Origin: Azolla caroliniana
Taxonomy: Eukaryota; Plantae; Polypodiophyta
Assembly: GCA_043228905.1 (NCBI GenBank)
Contig: JBHGNT010000020.1
Location: forward strand, 5,704,001-5,768,000
Length of the DNA stretch: 64,000 nucleotides
Reading direction: 5' to 3'
The translations under genes and the position numbers were made by a program. The notes beneath the pieces were generated by a model. The model made no database searches. It worked only from the letters and a program-made list of their open reading frames with translations, and was not told where the DNA came from. Below, piece by piece: positions 1-9,273 of this stretch. How positions within the stretch are numbered: the stretch's first letter is position 1; each line of letters starts with the position of its first letter.

Positions 1-1983
1 AGGTCAGCACCGGCGATGACTAAATCATCAACGTACAAGAGCAGGCTAACCTGTCCATATTGTCTTTGCTGAACAAATACAAAAGAGTCTGATTTCGACG
101 GCGCAAACCCCATCCTACGCAACCATTGCGTAATCTTTGCGTTCAATGGTTGCGGGGCTTGCTTTAGTCCGTATAAGGATTTCTTCAATCGGCAAACTGC
201 CGAGGTGTTTTGTTCGGATAGAAATCCGAGGGGTTGTACCATGTATACCTATTCCTCAAGATCGCCTTGTAGTAACGCATTCTTTACATCCATCTGATAT
301 AAGTGTCACTCCTTTGCCGCTGGTACGGCTAGTAGGACTCACACAGTAGTCATCTTCGCGATAGGTACGAAGGTCTCGTCATAGTCCACGTCGTGCTTCT
401 ACGCATAGCCTTTTGCTACTAAACGGGCCTTGTAGCGGTTGACGGAGCCGTCCGCGTTGTGTTTCACTTTATACACCCACCGGCAGCCGATCGACTTCAC
501 ACCCTTCGTTGCGTCAACCAGGTCCCATGTCTCGTTCTGCGTTAAGGCGCACATCTCTTCCTCCATCGCGGCACGCCAATTTGTGTCTCTCGCCGCTTCT
601 GCATAGCTCTCCGGCTCACGCACTTACGCCACTCGCTTCATGTACGCGTAATGGTGCGCCATGTATTCATTATACCCGTACCTCTTTACGAGGTTCTTTT
701 GGCGGGTAGATCGGCATAAGTCATGATTACCCGATTTAACGAACTTTTCGGCTGATTTTGACCTCTTCCGTGGAGGTTTCTTTACGATCGGCTCGATGTC
801 AGATTCGTTTCGAACTATCTCAGCGCTTCTTCTTGCCCTTCTCCTTGCGCGTAAACGGTCTCCTCAATTCTTTACGCAGGGACATCACAGCTGAGTCTCC
901 ACTACTTGCCGTCTCATCATTTGGTTGGCCATCTCGGCCCAACCTTTCATTCAGCCCGCTTAGCCGAAATGAGATCGAACTCTCTCTCAGAGCTTCGACG
1001 TCCTCATCATGCGGAGGCATTTCAGCCTCGTTGATCTCTTCTTCAGAAATCGGAATGGAGTCTTGCGGTACTGGAGGTGAAGGCAAGTACCACGGAGCGG
1101 ATTCATCAAACACGACATCTCGACTTATGTGTACTTCCTTTGTTCGGGGGTTATAACATTTATACCCCTTCTGCTCATCTGAATAGCCGACCAAAATACA
1201 TTTCTCGGCCTTGGCATCCAGCTTCCTCCTCTTCTCCTTCGGCACGTGCACATACGTGATGCTGCCGAAAACCCTCAAGTGTGCCAACTTCGGTTTCTTT
1301 CCTAAATACAACTCATGTGGCGACACTCCTCCATTAACAGAAGTCCGATTCTGCAACTACACAGCCGTTCTCATGGCTTCGGCCCAATAAAATTTTGGCA
1401 TATGCTTCTCTTCAAGTATTTCCCTGGTCGCTTCTTCAATAGTCCAATTCTTCAGCTCGAATTTGCGTATATCTACATGAGAATTTGCGTCGAATTCCCT
1501 CCTTCCGTAGATAACATGTGAACTGGTCGGAGAAGTACTCCTTCCCGCCATCGGACCGTAGGCATTTGATCTTACGCCCCGTTTCCCTTTCCGCAAGGCT
1601 CTTCACCTTTAGGAAACATGCGAAGACTTCACTCTTCTTCGTGATCGTGCATACCCACGAGTGTCGAGTGAAGTCGTCGATGAAGGTTACAAAGTAACGG
1701 CTTCCACCGAGACTCACATTCTGTGTTGGTCCCCACACATCCGAATGGATCAAGTCCAACGGTCTTCGACTACGATTACGCTCATTGGGGAATGGAAGTC
1801 GGCGTTGTTTTCCCATCTGACAAGCTTCGTAGACTTGGCCATTACGGCCCCGGAATTTAGGCAAGCCGAAAACAATGTTCTTCGTCTACATCTCACGAAG
1901 CCATGGGAAGTTTACATGGCTGAACCGCTTGTGCCATAGGTCGATATCCGATTCAACCTTTTTTCCTTTCGCGTACAACGCGG

Positions 1984-2759
1984 TGTCGTGCCTTTCGGCT
2001 CCGGATCGTTGCGTGAGTCGGGTGGGAACCACAGAGGTCTTGGACTAGGAGAAAGAAGTTCGTGAGATAGAGATTAATTATGAATAAATAGCGAAGAGAA
2101 AGATAAGAAACTCGTGAATCACACGAGTATACTATATTAATTGGTACTTAGGGTGTTAGGAGAGAAGTAGATGTATAAATCGTGAATCCCACGAATAATT
2201 TTTGTATTGATTAATACTTAATCCAAATAATCAACAACAACTACAATGTGCTCCCCATCCTTATATAGTGATGGGAGAGACTAAGCATAGCTACATGCTT
2301 TTTCTCATATGTTCATGCACACTAAATGTGCATGTGATGCTTTTTTTTATTTATTTTATTTCCTAAGTATAGGGCTCATGCACGCTAGATGTGCATGAGT
2401 TATTTTTAGTGTCTCGTGTTTTTTCTTTTTCATATATTAAAGAAATACACGATTTACCTTTTAATAAAGGTATGCATAAATAAAGGTCTTATACATATTA
2501 AATCTATATTTAAAACACTTAAGATAATTTAATGTAATGGTAAGGTTGGGGTTTGTCAACGTGGAGGTGCAGAGTTCGAATCACGCCTTGCGCAGTAGTG
2601 AGTATTTCCTTTTTTTACATTTATGTCTCTTCCTTGCCGGTATGCCGTTTTCCTCCTTGCCGGTATGCCGTTTTCTTCCGGTTCTCACCGAGCACTCCAT
2701 TCTCTATCCGGAGGGACAAAAATATAATTTCCACATAGTGTGCAACCTACACTACGACA
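1984..2759 (-). repeat. E1 3' LTR (776 bp)
   Basis: Direct repeat of 8428-9273; PPT TTGGAGGGGGCGAG (minus) at about 2760-2773; TATA CTATATAAGG on minus at about 2260-2269. Confidence 0.97.
2523..2594 (+). ncRNA. tRNA-like Pol III cassette in E1 3' LTR
   Basis: A box TAATGTAATGG (2530-40), B box GAGTTCGAATC (2572-82), tRNA-like spacing, T7 run shortly downstream; stems degenerate. Confidence 0.55.
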
Positions 2760-5700
2760 CTCGCCCCCTCCAAACCCGCACATCCTCCGGTATGTGCCGA
2801 AGTTCTTGATTCTTCGTATCCGTCTTCATCCGAAGCTTCCTCCGATTCTCCCCTTATGTCGACTATGAGTTGTAATCCACTTTCTTCGCTTCCCGCATCA
2901 TTGTGGTCTTCGTCCGATTGCTCCTCGTTGTCGGCCTCGACTTGGATCACATAAGGTTTGTCGTCGGTCCGCTTCTTGAAAATCTTCACCCGCTTCCCGG
3001 CTATAGGCACTCGTAGTATTGTTCCATCCAACTCGGACAGTCGGTACGTCCCGTTGTCGAAGACCTTCCGAACCTCGTACGGCCCGAACCACCTTTTCGC
3101 GAATTTCCGCATCGTTGTATGTTGATGGTCCAAGCTACTATCATAGACGATCACCCAATCTCCTTCTTCAATCCTCCTCGGTCGTAGTCGGTGCTTTGTG
3201 TCGAACCGGCTTTTGTTCCGGAACCGTGCTTCTTGTTGTCGGCGTGACGCTTCCGCTACATCTTTCGGTCTTCCCTCCAGTTGTCGTATCCGGACCGCTA
3301 GTAGTTCTTCCCGGCTCATCTCTTCCTTCCACGGTAGTATTGTCCATGTCGCGATTGCGGTTTCCGTTGGCATTACCGGTGCTTGTCCGGTCATGAGTTC
3401 TGCCGGCATGTAACCGGTCACGGAGCTATGCGTCGTCCGATCCGCCCATAGTGCATACGGAAGCATTTGTGGCCAATCCTTCACCCTTCCTTCGCATGCC
3501 TTCGCAAGTGCTTTCACGATCGGACTATGTCCTCGTTCGATCTTCCCGTTGGCCTCCGGATTGTAGGCCGTTGTCAACGTTAACCGAACTCCGTGTTTGG
3601 CGAAGAATCCCCTAGCTTTGTCCGAGTCGAGTTCTCCCCGGTCCGCAATCACTTGTCCTACGCAGCCGTACCTACAAAACACTTCTTCCAAAAGAAATTG
3701 GCACACCGCGGCACACGTTTTCCTCCGAAGCGCTCGACCTTCAACTTGGTTTGTGAGATCTTCTCGAGCTAACACCAAGTATTTCTTTTGTCCAATCCCG
3801 GTCGGCATAGCTACAATGTCGACCATCCACTTGAAGTTGATTGTCGGTGAGAATGTCGGATGCAGCTCATCTCGGTGTCGGACCCCGGAGTAGACTTGAC
3901 ATTTCTCGCAGCTTTCTGTGAACTCCGCGACATCTTTATACATGTTCTTCCACCAATATCTTTGCTTGATTTTCACAAAAGTTGCCCATGTTCCTCGATG
4001 TCCAGCCCAATCGGATTCGTGGAACTCGGACATTATCCGGTTTCGTTGCTCTTTCGTCCCGACTACTCGAAGTGGTATCCCATCCGGTCTTTTCGGCGTC
4101 CTCCATATTAAACCGTTTTCCAAGAAGAACTTTTGGACTTGTCTCTTCTTCCTTCGGATCTCGGCTCTCCTTTCTTTATCATTGGTTGAATCCTCGACCT
4201 CTTGTAGCATCTTCCCGATCATCAAGGTTTCCCCCTCGTATTCTTCTTCCCGGAATTCTCGGATCACGTTCACTCGGCATATGTGTTCTGACGTGAAGTA
4301 GTCTTCGGAAACTTCTTCATTATCTGATTCGGTTATGTCGTCTTCAAACCGCGCCCTCGATAACATGTCCGCTACCGCGTTGTCCTTCCCCGAGATGTGT
4401 CGAACCTCCGGATTAAGTGACTTGACATATGCAATCCACCTTAGCATAGCCACATCCGGTATCGTACAACACCGCATCATCCCGAGTATCGGAAGACAAT
4501 CCGTCTCGACCACCACTTCAGCTCCGATCAAATAATCCCGATCCGATTTTATCGCCGACACGACTCCCCACAATTCTCTTTTGACTTGTGCATATCCGCG
4601 TTGCCTTTCGTTGAGGACCTTTGCTCCAAATCGGATCGGATACCGCGAACCATCCGAGTCGGCTTGATTGATGACCCACCCGATACCGGTTGGACTTGTA
4701 TCAACCGTTACTATGATTGGCCGCTCGTAGCTTGGCTTCTTAAGTGATTCCGCCCTCCATAGTGTCTTCTTGAGCTTCCTCATGGCTTTAGTGTGTTCCG
4801 GTTTCCACTCGAATTTCTTACCTTTCCGCAACAAGTGATAGAGCGGGTCCGCTATATGTGCATAGTGCGGAATCCATATGTGATAGAATGCACACGCACC
4901 CAGAAACCTTCGGACTTCCGATGTTGACTCACATACTTCCTTCATAGCTTGAATCGCATCGATCTTTGTTGGTGACGGTCTTCGGCCGTAGGGTCCACAT
5001 AGATGTCCGACCACCAATATTTCTTCTTGCCCGAATGCCGATTTCTCCCCGGAAAGTGTTAGGTGCACATCTTCTAGCTTTCGCAACACTTTCTCGCAAT
5101 CATGAATATGGTCGACCACGAACTTTCGGCATCCCCGATCATCCATAGTCTCATCTTTTTCTTCCACCGCGCATCCTTTCATCGGAATGTCATCTAGAAA
5201 CGGCATCGTTATCTCCGGGATGCAATCTCGAAGCACCTTGTTCATCGCGTTCATCATATGTGCAACCGAGTTTGTCGCTCCTTGTGGTAGTGTGCACATT
5301 CGAACTAGTCCTATCGGTGTCCGCATGGTAGTGATGTCTCGGCTCTCCACGGCTAGTTGGAATTGGTCATACCCCGAGTATAGGTCCCCGATGGAGTATA
5401 TCGCACGTCCGGCAAAAGCTTCCGCGAATTCGTCCACTATCGGACCGACTCCCGAGTTCCGGATCGTGACCTTGTTCACCGGTTGCAAGTCTTGGATGAA
5501 TCGGAGTGACCCATTCTTCTTCGGAACCGTAAACCATCGATTTGAGTACGGAGCACTTGATGGCTCTAGAATCCCCATCGCCACCTTCTCCTTGAGCAAG
5601 TCGATGACTTTCGGAATATGCGCCCGTGGCACCGGAATCGGCTTCAGGTTCCACGGTACATGATCAATCGTGAAAATCACCATCGGCTCCACTATCTTTG

Positions 5701-6358
5701 GATCAATGCATCCGATCTCCCTCGATGTGAACGCGAATGATTTGCCATGTTGTTCCAACATCTCTCGAAACCGTTTTTCTTCTTCTTGTAAGAGGAACCC
5801 ACCTCCACCGATCCGAAGTTTCTTCCGGGTCTCATCTGTGAAGGCATGTCCGATATCCACGGTCTTCCGAAGTGTCGGATCTCCCGAGACTTCTTTCCTC
5901 TTTTGTTCGCTATCAGCGGGTAATGGTCCCGCGGCCGGTTTCACCTTCTTCTCCACGGTCTTGTATTTCGTACTTACCATTGCTTCTTCTTTGCGGAGCG
6001 TATCCGGCTCCATTTTCGCAATGATCTCGTACATCTCGACTGATTCCACCGGGACTACCCGGTTCCCTTGGCTTTTATCTTCCGCAAGCTCTTCAAGCCG
6101 TTGTAGTGTATTCCCATAGAACACTTCCTCGATCACTCCCACGATTTCTTCGTCTTCTTTTATTATTGATGCCGACCGTAACTTATCCTCCACTTGTCGG
6201 TATTGTTTCTTCATTCCTCCGGTTACGGTCGTGTACGTAGATGCCCCATCCGGGCCGATTCGTACTTGTTTTGCTCCGAGAGTTTTCTTCCTGTGTGGGG
6301 TATCAGGGCTTCTCGGACTATCACTTCCCCACTCCGCAACAGTCCGCTTTAAAAATCC
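2747..6358 (-). CDS. pol: E1 pol (RT-RNase H-integrase), probably entered by -1 frameshift
   Basis: ORF 2747-6214 is open upstream to 6358; RT LPQGATNS..FLDDI, RNase H VTVDTSPTGIG, IN HHCC (HESDWAGH..CEKC), D-D-E (VDIV, ADRG, KIER), GPY/F motif KRWFGPY; acidic tail; no chromodomain seen. Confidence 0.95.
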   Translation of the reverse strand, partial: GFLKRTVAEWGSDSPRSPDTPHRKKTLGAKQVRIGPDGASTYTTVTGGMKKQYRQVEDKLRSASIIKEDEEIVGVIEEVFYGNTLQRLEELAEDKSQGNRVVPVESVEMYEIIAKMEPDTLRKEEAMVSTKYKTVEKKVKPAAGPLPADSEQKRKEVSGDPTLRKTVDIGHAFTDETRKKLRIGGGGFLLQEEEKRFREMLEQHGKSFAFTSREIGCIDPKIVEPMVIFTIDHVPWNLKPIPVPRAHIPKVIDLLKEKVAMGILEPSSAPYSNRWFTVPKKNGSLRFIQDLQPVNKVTIRNSGVGPIVDEFAEAFAGRAIYSIGDLYSGYDQFQLAVESRDITTMRTPIGLVRMCTLPQGATNSVAHMMNAMNKVLRDCIPEITMPFLDDIPMKGCAVEEKDETMDDRGCRKFVVDHIHDCEKVLRKLEDVHLTLSGEKSAFGQEEILVVGHLCGPYGRRPSPTKIDAIQAMKEVCESTSEVRRFLGACAFYHIWIPHYAHIADPLYHLLRKGKKFEWKPEHTKAMRKLKKTLWRAESLKKPSYERPIIVTVDTSPTGIGWVINQADSDGSRYPIRFGAKVLNERQRGYAQVKRELWGVVSAIKSDRDYLIGAEVVVETDCLPILGMMRCCTIPDVAMLRWIAYVKSLNPEVRHISGKDNAVADMLSRARFEDDITESDNEEVSEDYFTSEHICRVNVIREFREEEYEGETLMIGKMLQEVEDSTNDKERRAEIRRKKRQVQKFFLENGLIWRTPKRPDGIPLRVVGTKEQRNRIMSEFHESDWAGHRGTWATFVKIKQRYWWKNMYKDVAEFTESCEKCQVYSGVRHRDELHPTFSPTINFKWMVDIVAMPTGIGQKKYLVLAREDLTNQVEGRALRRKTCAAVCQFLLEEVFCRYGCVGQVIADRGELDSDKARGFFAKHGVRLTLTTAYNPEANGKIERGHSPIVKALAKACEGRVKDWPQMLPYALWADRTTHSSVTGYMPAELMTGQAPVMPTETAIATWTILPWKEEMSREELLAVRIRQLEGRPKDVAEASRRQQEARFRNKSRFDTKHRLRPRRIEEGDWVIVYDSSLDHQHTTMRKFAKRWFGPYEVRKVFDNGTYRLSELDGTILRVPIAGKRVKIFKKRTDDKPYVIQVEADNEEQSDEDHNDAGSEESGLQLIVDIRGESEEASDEDGYEESRTSAHTGGCAGLEGASVVV
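6295..6358 (-). promoter_or_regulatory. -1 programmed ribosomal frameshift signal (G GAU UUU + H-type pseudoknot)
   Basis: Heptamer 6358-6352 directly before the gag-pro UAA; stem CGGACUGUUGC/GUGAUAGUCCG; loop GUGGGG pairs with CCCCAC (6300-6295); pol is in the -1 frame. Confidence 0.8.
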
Positions 6359-8388
6359 ATTCTCACTTGGGACAAGAGTTCCCTCTTGTTCCTTTCGTGA
6401 TTTGCCGGCACCGTTAGGAATTGGACGGATTTCCCTCCGTTTTGGCTCCGAATTCGCGCAAAAGCCGCACCACTATCGAGCACCTTCGTCTCCATCCGTG
6501 AAGCCGTGATAAAGGGTTGGCCGAGGATGACAGAATGTGAAACCTCATCCTGCACAAAGAAATTTTGGTCAATTTCGACATCCCCGATCTTTACCGTCAC
6601 ATCCGGACAAGCCGCAAATAGGTCTTCTGTCGTTTTCGTGGCTGCCCGAATCTTCCATCCATGGTTGGTGTTTATAGGCCACTTCCCCTTTCGGTAGAAC
6701 TCCTTGGACATCAAGTTGATCTCCGATCCGTGATCAATCAATGCTAGCACGGGTTCTTTGATGTTGCCGATTCGGACCGGAGTCTCCGTAGTCGCACGTG
6801 CCCAGTGTGGCCTTGTATAGTGGGAGTTCGGAATTTCGCCTTCCACTTCGGTGTCGTTCATTGAAACGGTATTTGCATTCACCCTTGGAGCATTTTCCTC
6901 CGTACTTTGTCTCTTCCTTTTCACGAGATCCACGAGAAGATCGTGAAACTCCTTCTTCGCTATTCCGAGTAGTTCCCGCAGCGAAAAATCTACCCGGCTA
7001 TCCAAGATTCTTTCCTCGAACACTCTTTTCAAGTCGGTTTGTTGTTCTATGTCCGAGGCGAGCTTGAATGCCGGAGTCGCCTTTTCTTTTCCCTTACCTC
7101 CGGAGTTCCAGCTTTCCGGTATCTTCGATGGTCCGGCCGCATCCTCCCTGCGCCGTCGTTTCTCGTCCACATACACCTCATGTAATTGACACAGGGCGTA
7201 TATGCTATTCTTGTCGACAGGGCACTCCCATCCCGTAGCTTCCCGGACGCCTTCCGCGGTGTTTCGGATATCGTTGGAGTCGGTTTTCTCGGTGTTTCCT
7301 AGCACCTCCGGCCAGAAAGACGCCTTCGCTCCCGTTGACTCCCCGACACATATTCCCGCGGTTGTCGCATAGTTGCTTCTTGCCGCTAACTCCTCCTCGA
7401 GCACCTTCTTCATGCCGCCTTTCCGGAAGTTCGGTCGGAGTGGCTTCCGAGAGTCCATCGAATGAATCCGGTTTCCCTCGTAGTAGATGAGATCCCGTCG
7501 TAGCGCCTCCTTATGGTCGTCGCAATCCCTCCGATCGTGTTCGGCGCTATCGCACCATATGCACCGTCGATCCGTATATTTGGAGCTTGTGGGGCGGTCA
7601 TCCGACTTCTTCACCATCGCGATCTTTAGATTCTCCATCTCCTTCAGCAGCTGCTCCACCGTAGACGCGTCGACTCCCTTCTCGGCCGTAATCTCCCGAG
7701 CCCTCGGTTGATGGTCTTCCAGTCCCGTTCTCGGTTTCGGAATCGGTTCCGAAACCCTCTTTTCTTCGTTGGCAAGCCATTGCCCCCTCTTCGTGTACCG
7801 CGCGACGATATCCCGCACGCTTTCCCATGTTTCGGTGAGGCCGCTTTCGGTGGTCGTGTCCTCAAGAAGCACTCCGAGATCTTTCCGGTCCCGGACGTCC
7901 ACAGCTCGCAAAAACATGATGACTTTGTCCGGTGCAAGAATAGTTTGATCTCTCGCGGACAACCTCCCGAACCGACTTTCGAATGTCGAAAACACTTCGA
8001 GGACCTTCAGCCCCTTACCTGACGTTTCCACCCAATCCTCGAATCCCCTCCGCGTTGCCTTGGAGGAGTCCTCGATGGCAAACGTGGTCTTTAACGCCTC
8101 TTCGAATGCTTCCCACGTCGGATTTTGTTGTTGCAACCCGTGGATACTCCCTTGAAGCCCGTCGGTCGCCACCCGGTTAAAGGATGTCACTTGCAGTCCT
8201 TCCGAAGCCCGGCACCGGAGCATCTCCGCCTTGTAGTCCTGCAAATATCGCGACACATCCTTACCATTAAATTGCCCGTTGCGTTGCACGAGCCGCTCTA
8301 CTGATGCCGAAATCTCCGACATCGTGCGTTGTTCTTGAAGCATCCGTTCGAACATCGCCATCATATTTTTAGCTTGTTGAGCCTCCAT
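6349..8388 (-). CDS. gag: E1 Gag-protease (679 aa)
   Basis: ATG 18 nt after the PBS; CCHC knuckle CIWCDSAEHDRRDC; aspartic protease ALIDHGSEINL..ILGQPF. Confidence 0.93.
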   Translation of the reverse strand: MEAQQAKNMMAMFERMLQEQRTMSEISASVERLVQRNGQFNGKDVSRYLQDYKAEMLRCRASEGLQVTSFNRVATDGLQGSIHGLQQQNPTWEAFEEALKTTFAIEDSSKATRRGFEDWVETSGKGLKVLEVFSTFESRFGRLSARDQTILAPDKVIMFLRAVDVRDRKDLGVLLEDTTTESGLTETWESVRDIVARYTKRGQWLANEEKRVSEPIPKPRTGLEDHQPRAREITAEKGVDASTVEQLLKEMENLKIAMVKKSDDRPTSSKYTDRRCIWCDSAEHDRRDCDDHKEALRRDLIYYEGNRIHSMDSRKPLRPNFRKGGMKKVLEEELAARSNYATTAGICVGESTGAKASFWPEVLGNTEKTDSNDIRNTAEGVREATGWECPVDKNSIYALCQLHEVYVDEKRRRREDAAGPSKIPESWNSGGKGKEKATPAFKLASDIEQQTDLKRVFEERILDSRVDFSLRELLGIAKKEFHDLLVDLVKRKRQSTEENAPRVNANTVSMNDTEVEGEIPNSHYTRPHWARATTETPVRIGNIKEPVLALIDHGSEINLMSKEFYRKGKWPINTNHGWKIRAATKTTEDLFAACPDVTVKIGDVEIDQNFFVQDEVSHSVILGQPFITASRMETKVLDSGAAFARIRSQNGGKSVQFLTVPANHERNKRELLSQVRMDF

Positions 8389-8405
8389 CTCCTTGCCACC
8401 CGTTT

Positions 8406-8423
8406 TTCACGTCGGGTTCACCA
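8406..8423 (-). promoter_or_regulatory. Primer-binding site for tRNA-Trp
   Basis: TGGTGAACCCGACGTGAA is the 18-nt complement of the plant cytosolic tRNA-Trp 3' end (..TTCACGTCGGGTTCACCA, from memory); 4-nt spacer to the LTR. Confidence 0.88.
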
Positions 8424-8427
8424 ACTG

Positions 8428-9273
8428 TGTCGTGCCTTTCGGCTCCGGATCGTTGCGTGAGTCGGGTGGGAACCACAGAGGTCTTGGACTAGGAGAAAGA
8501 AGTTCGTGAGATAGAGATTAATTATGAATAAATAGCGAAGAGAAAGATAAGAAACTCGTGAATCACACGAGTATACTATATTAATTGGTACTTAGGGTGT
8601 TAGGAGAGAAGTAGATGTATAAATCGTGAATCCCACGAATAATTTTTGTATTGATTAATACTTAATCCAAATAATCAACAACAACTACAATGTGCTCCCC
8701 ATCCTTATATAGTGATGGGAGAGACTAAGCATAGCTACATGCTTTTTCTCATATGTTCATGCACACTAAATGTGCATGTGATGCTTTTTTTTATTTATTT
8801 TATTTCCTAAGTATAGGGCTCATGCACGCTAGATGTGCATGAGTTATTTTTAGTGTCTCGTGTTTTTTCTTTTTCATATATTAAAGAAATACACGATTTA
8901 CCTTTTAATAAAGGTATGCATAAATAAAGGTCTTATACATATTAAATCTATATTTAAAACACTTAAGATAATTTAATGTAATGGTAAGGTTGGGGTTTGT
9001 CAACGTGGAGGTGCAGAGTTCGAATCACGCCCTGCGCAGTAGTGAGTATTTCCTTTTTTTACATTTATGTCTCTTCCTTGCCGGTATGCCGTTTTCTTCC
9101 TTGCCGGTATGCCGTTTTCCTCCTTGCCGGTATGCCGTTTTTCCTCCTTGCCGGTATGCCGTTTTCCTCCTTGTCGGTATGCCGTTTTCTTCCGGTTCTC
9201 ACCGAGCACTCCATTCTCTATCCGGAGGGACAAAAATATAATTTCCACATAGTGTGCAACCTACACTACGACA
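8428..9273 (-). repeat. E1 5' LTR (846 bp)
   Basis: Repeat of 1984-2759; five copies of the 23-bp unit CCTTGCCGGTATGCCGTTTTCCT (about 9076-9191) versus two in the 3' LTR; tRNA-like cassette 8967-9038. Confidence 0.97.

Larger units (their letters stand above)
1984..9273 (-). mobile_element. Ty3/gypsy LTR retrotransposon E1, full length and apparently intact
   Basis: LTRs 1984-2759 and 8428-9273 (TGTCG..CGACA), near-identical apart from a 23-bp repeat copy number; 4-bp TSD GCGG (1980-83, 9274-77) whose removal restores the copia frame QAGTALYAKGKKVESDIDLWHKR; PBS, PPT, gag-pro and pol ORFs. Confidence 0.97.

Noticed and set aside
3019-8180. Many + strand ORFs antisense to E1 gag/pol (also over K)
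   Set aside because: Shadow ORFs of GC-rich coding sequence with no recognisable motifs.
9076-9191. CRISPR-like 23-bp repeats
   Set aside because: Head-to-tail units with no spacers, inside a eukaryotic LTR.
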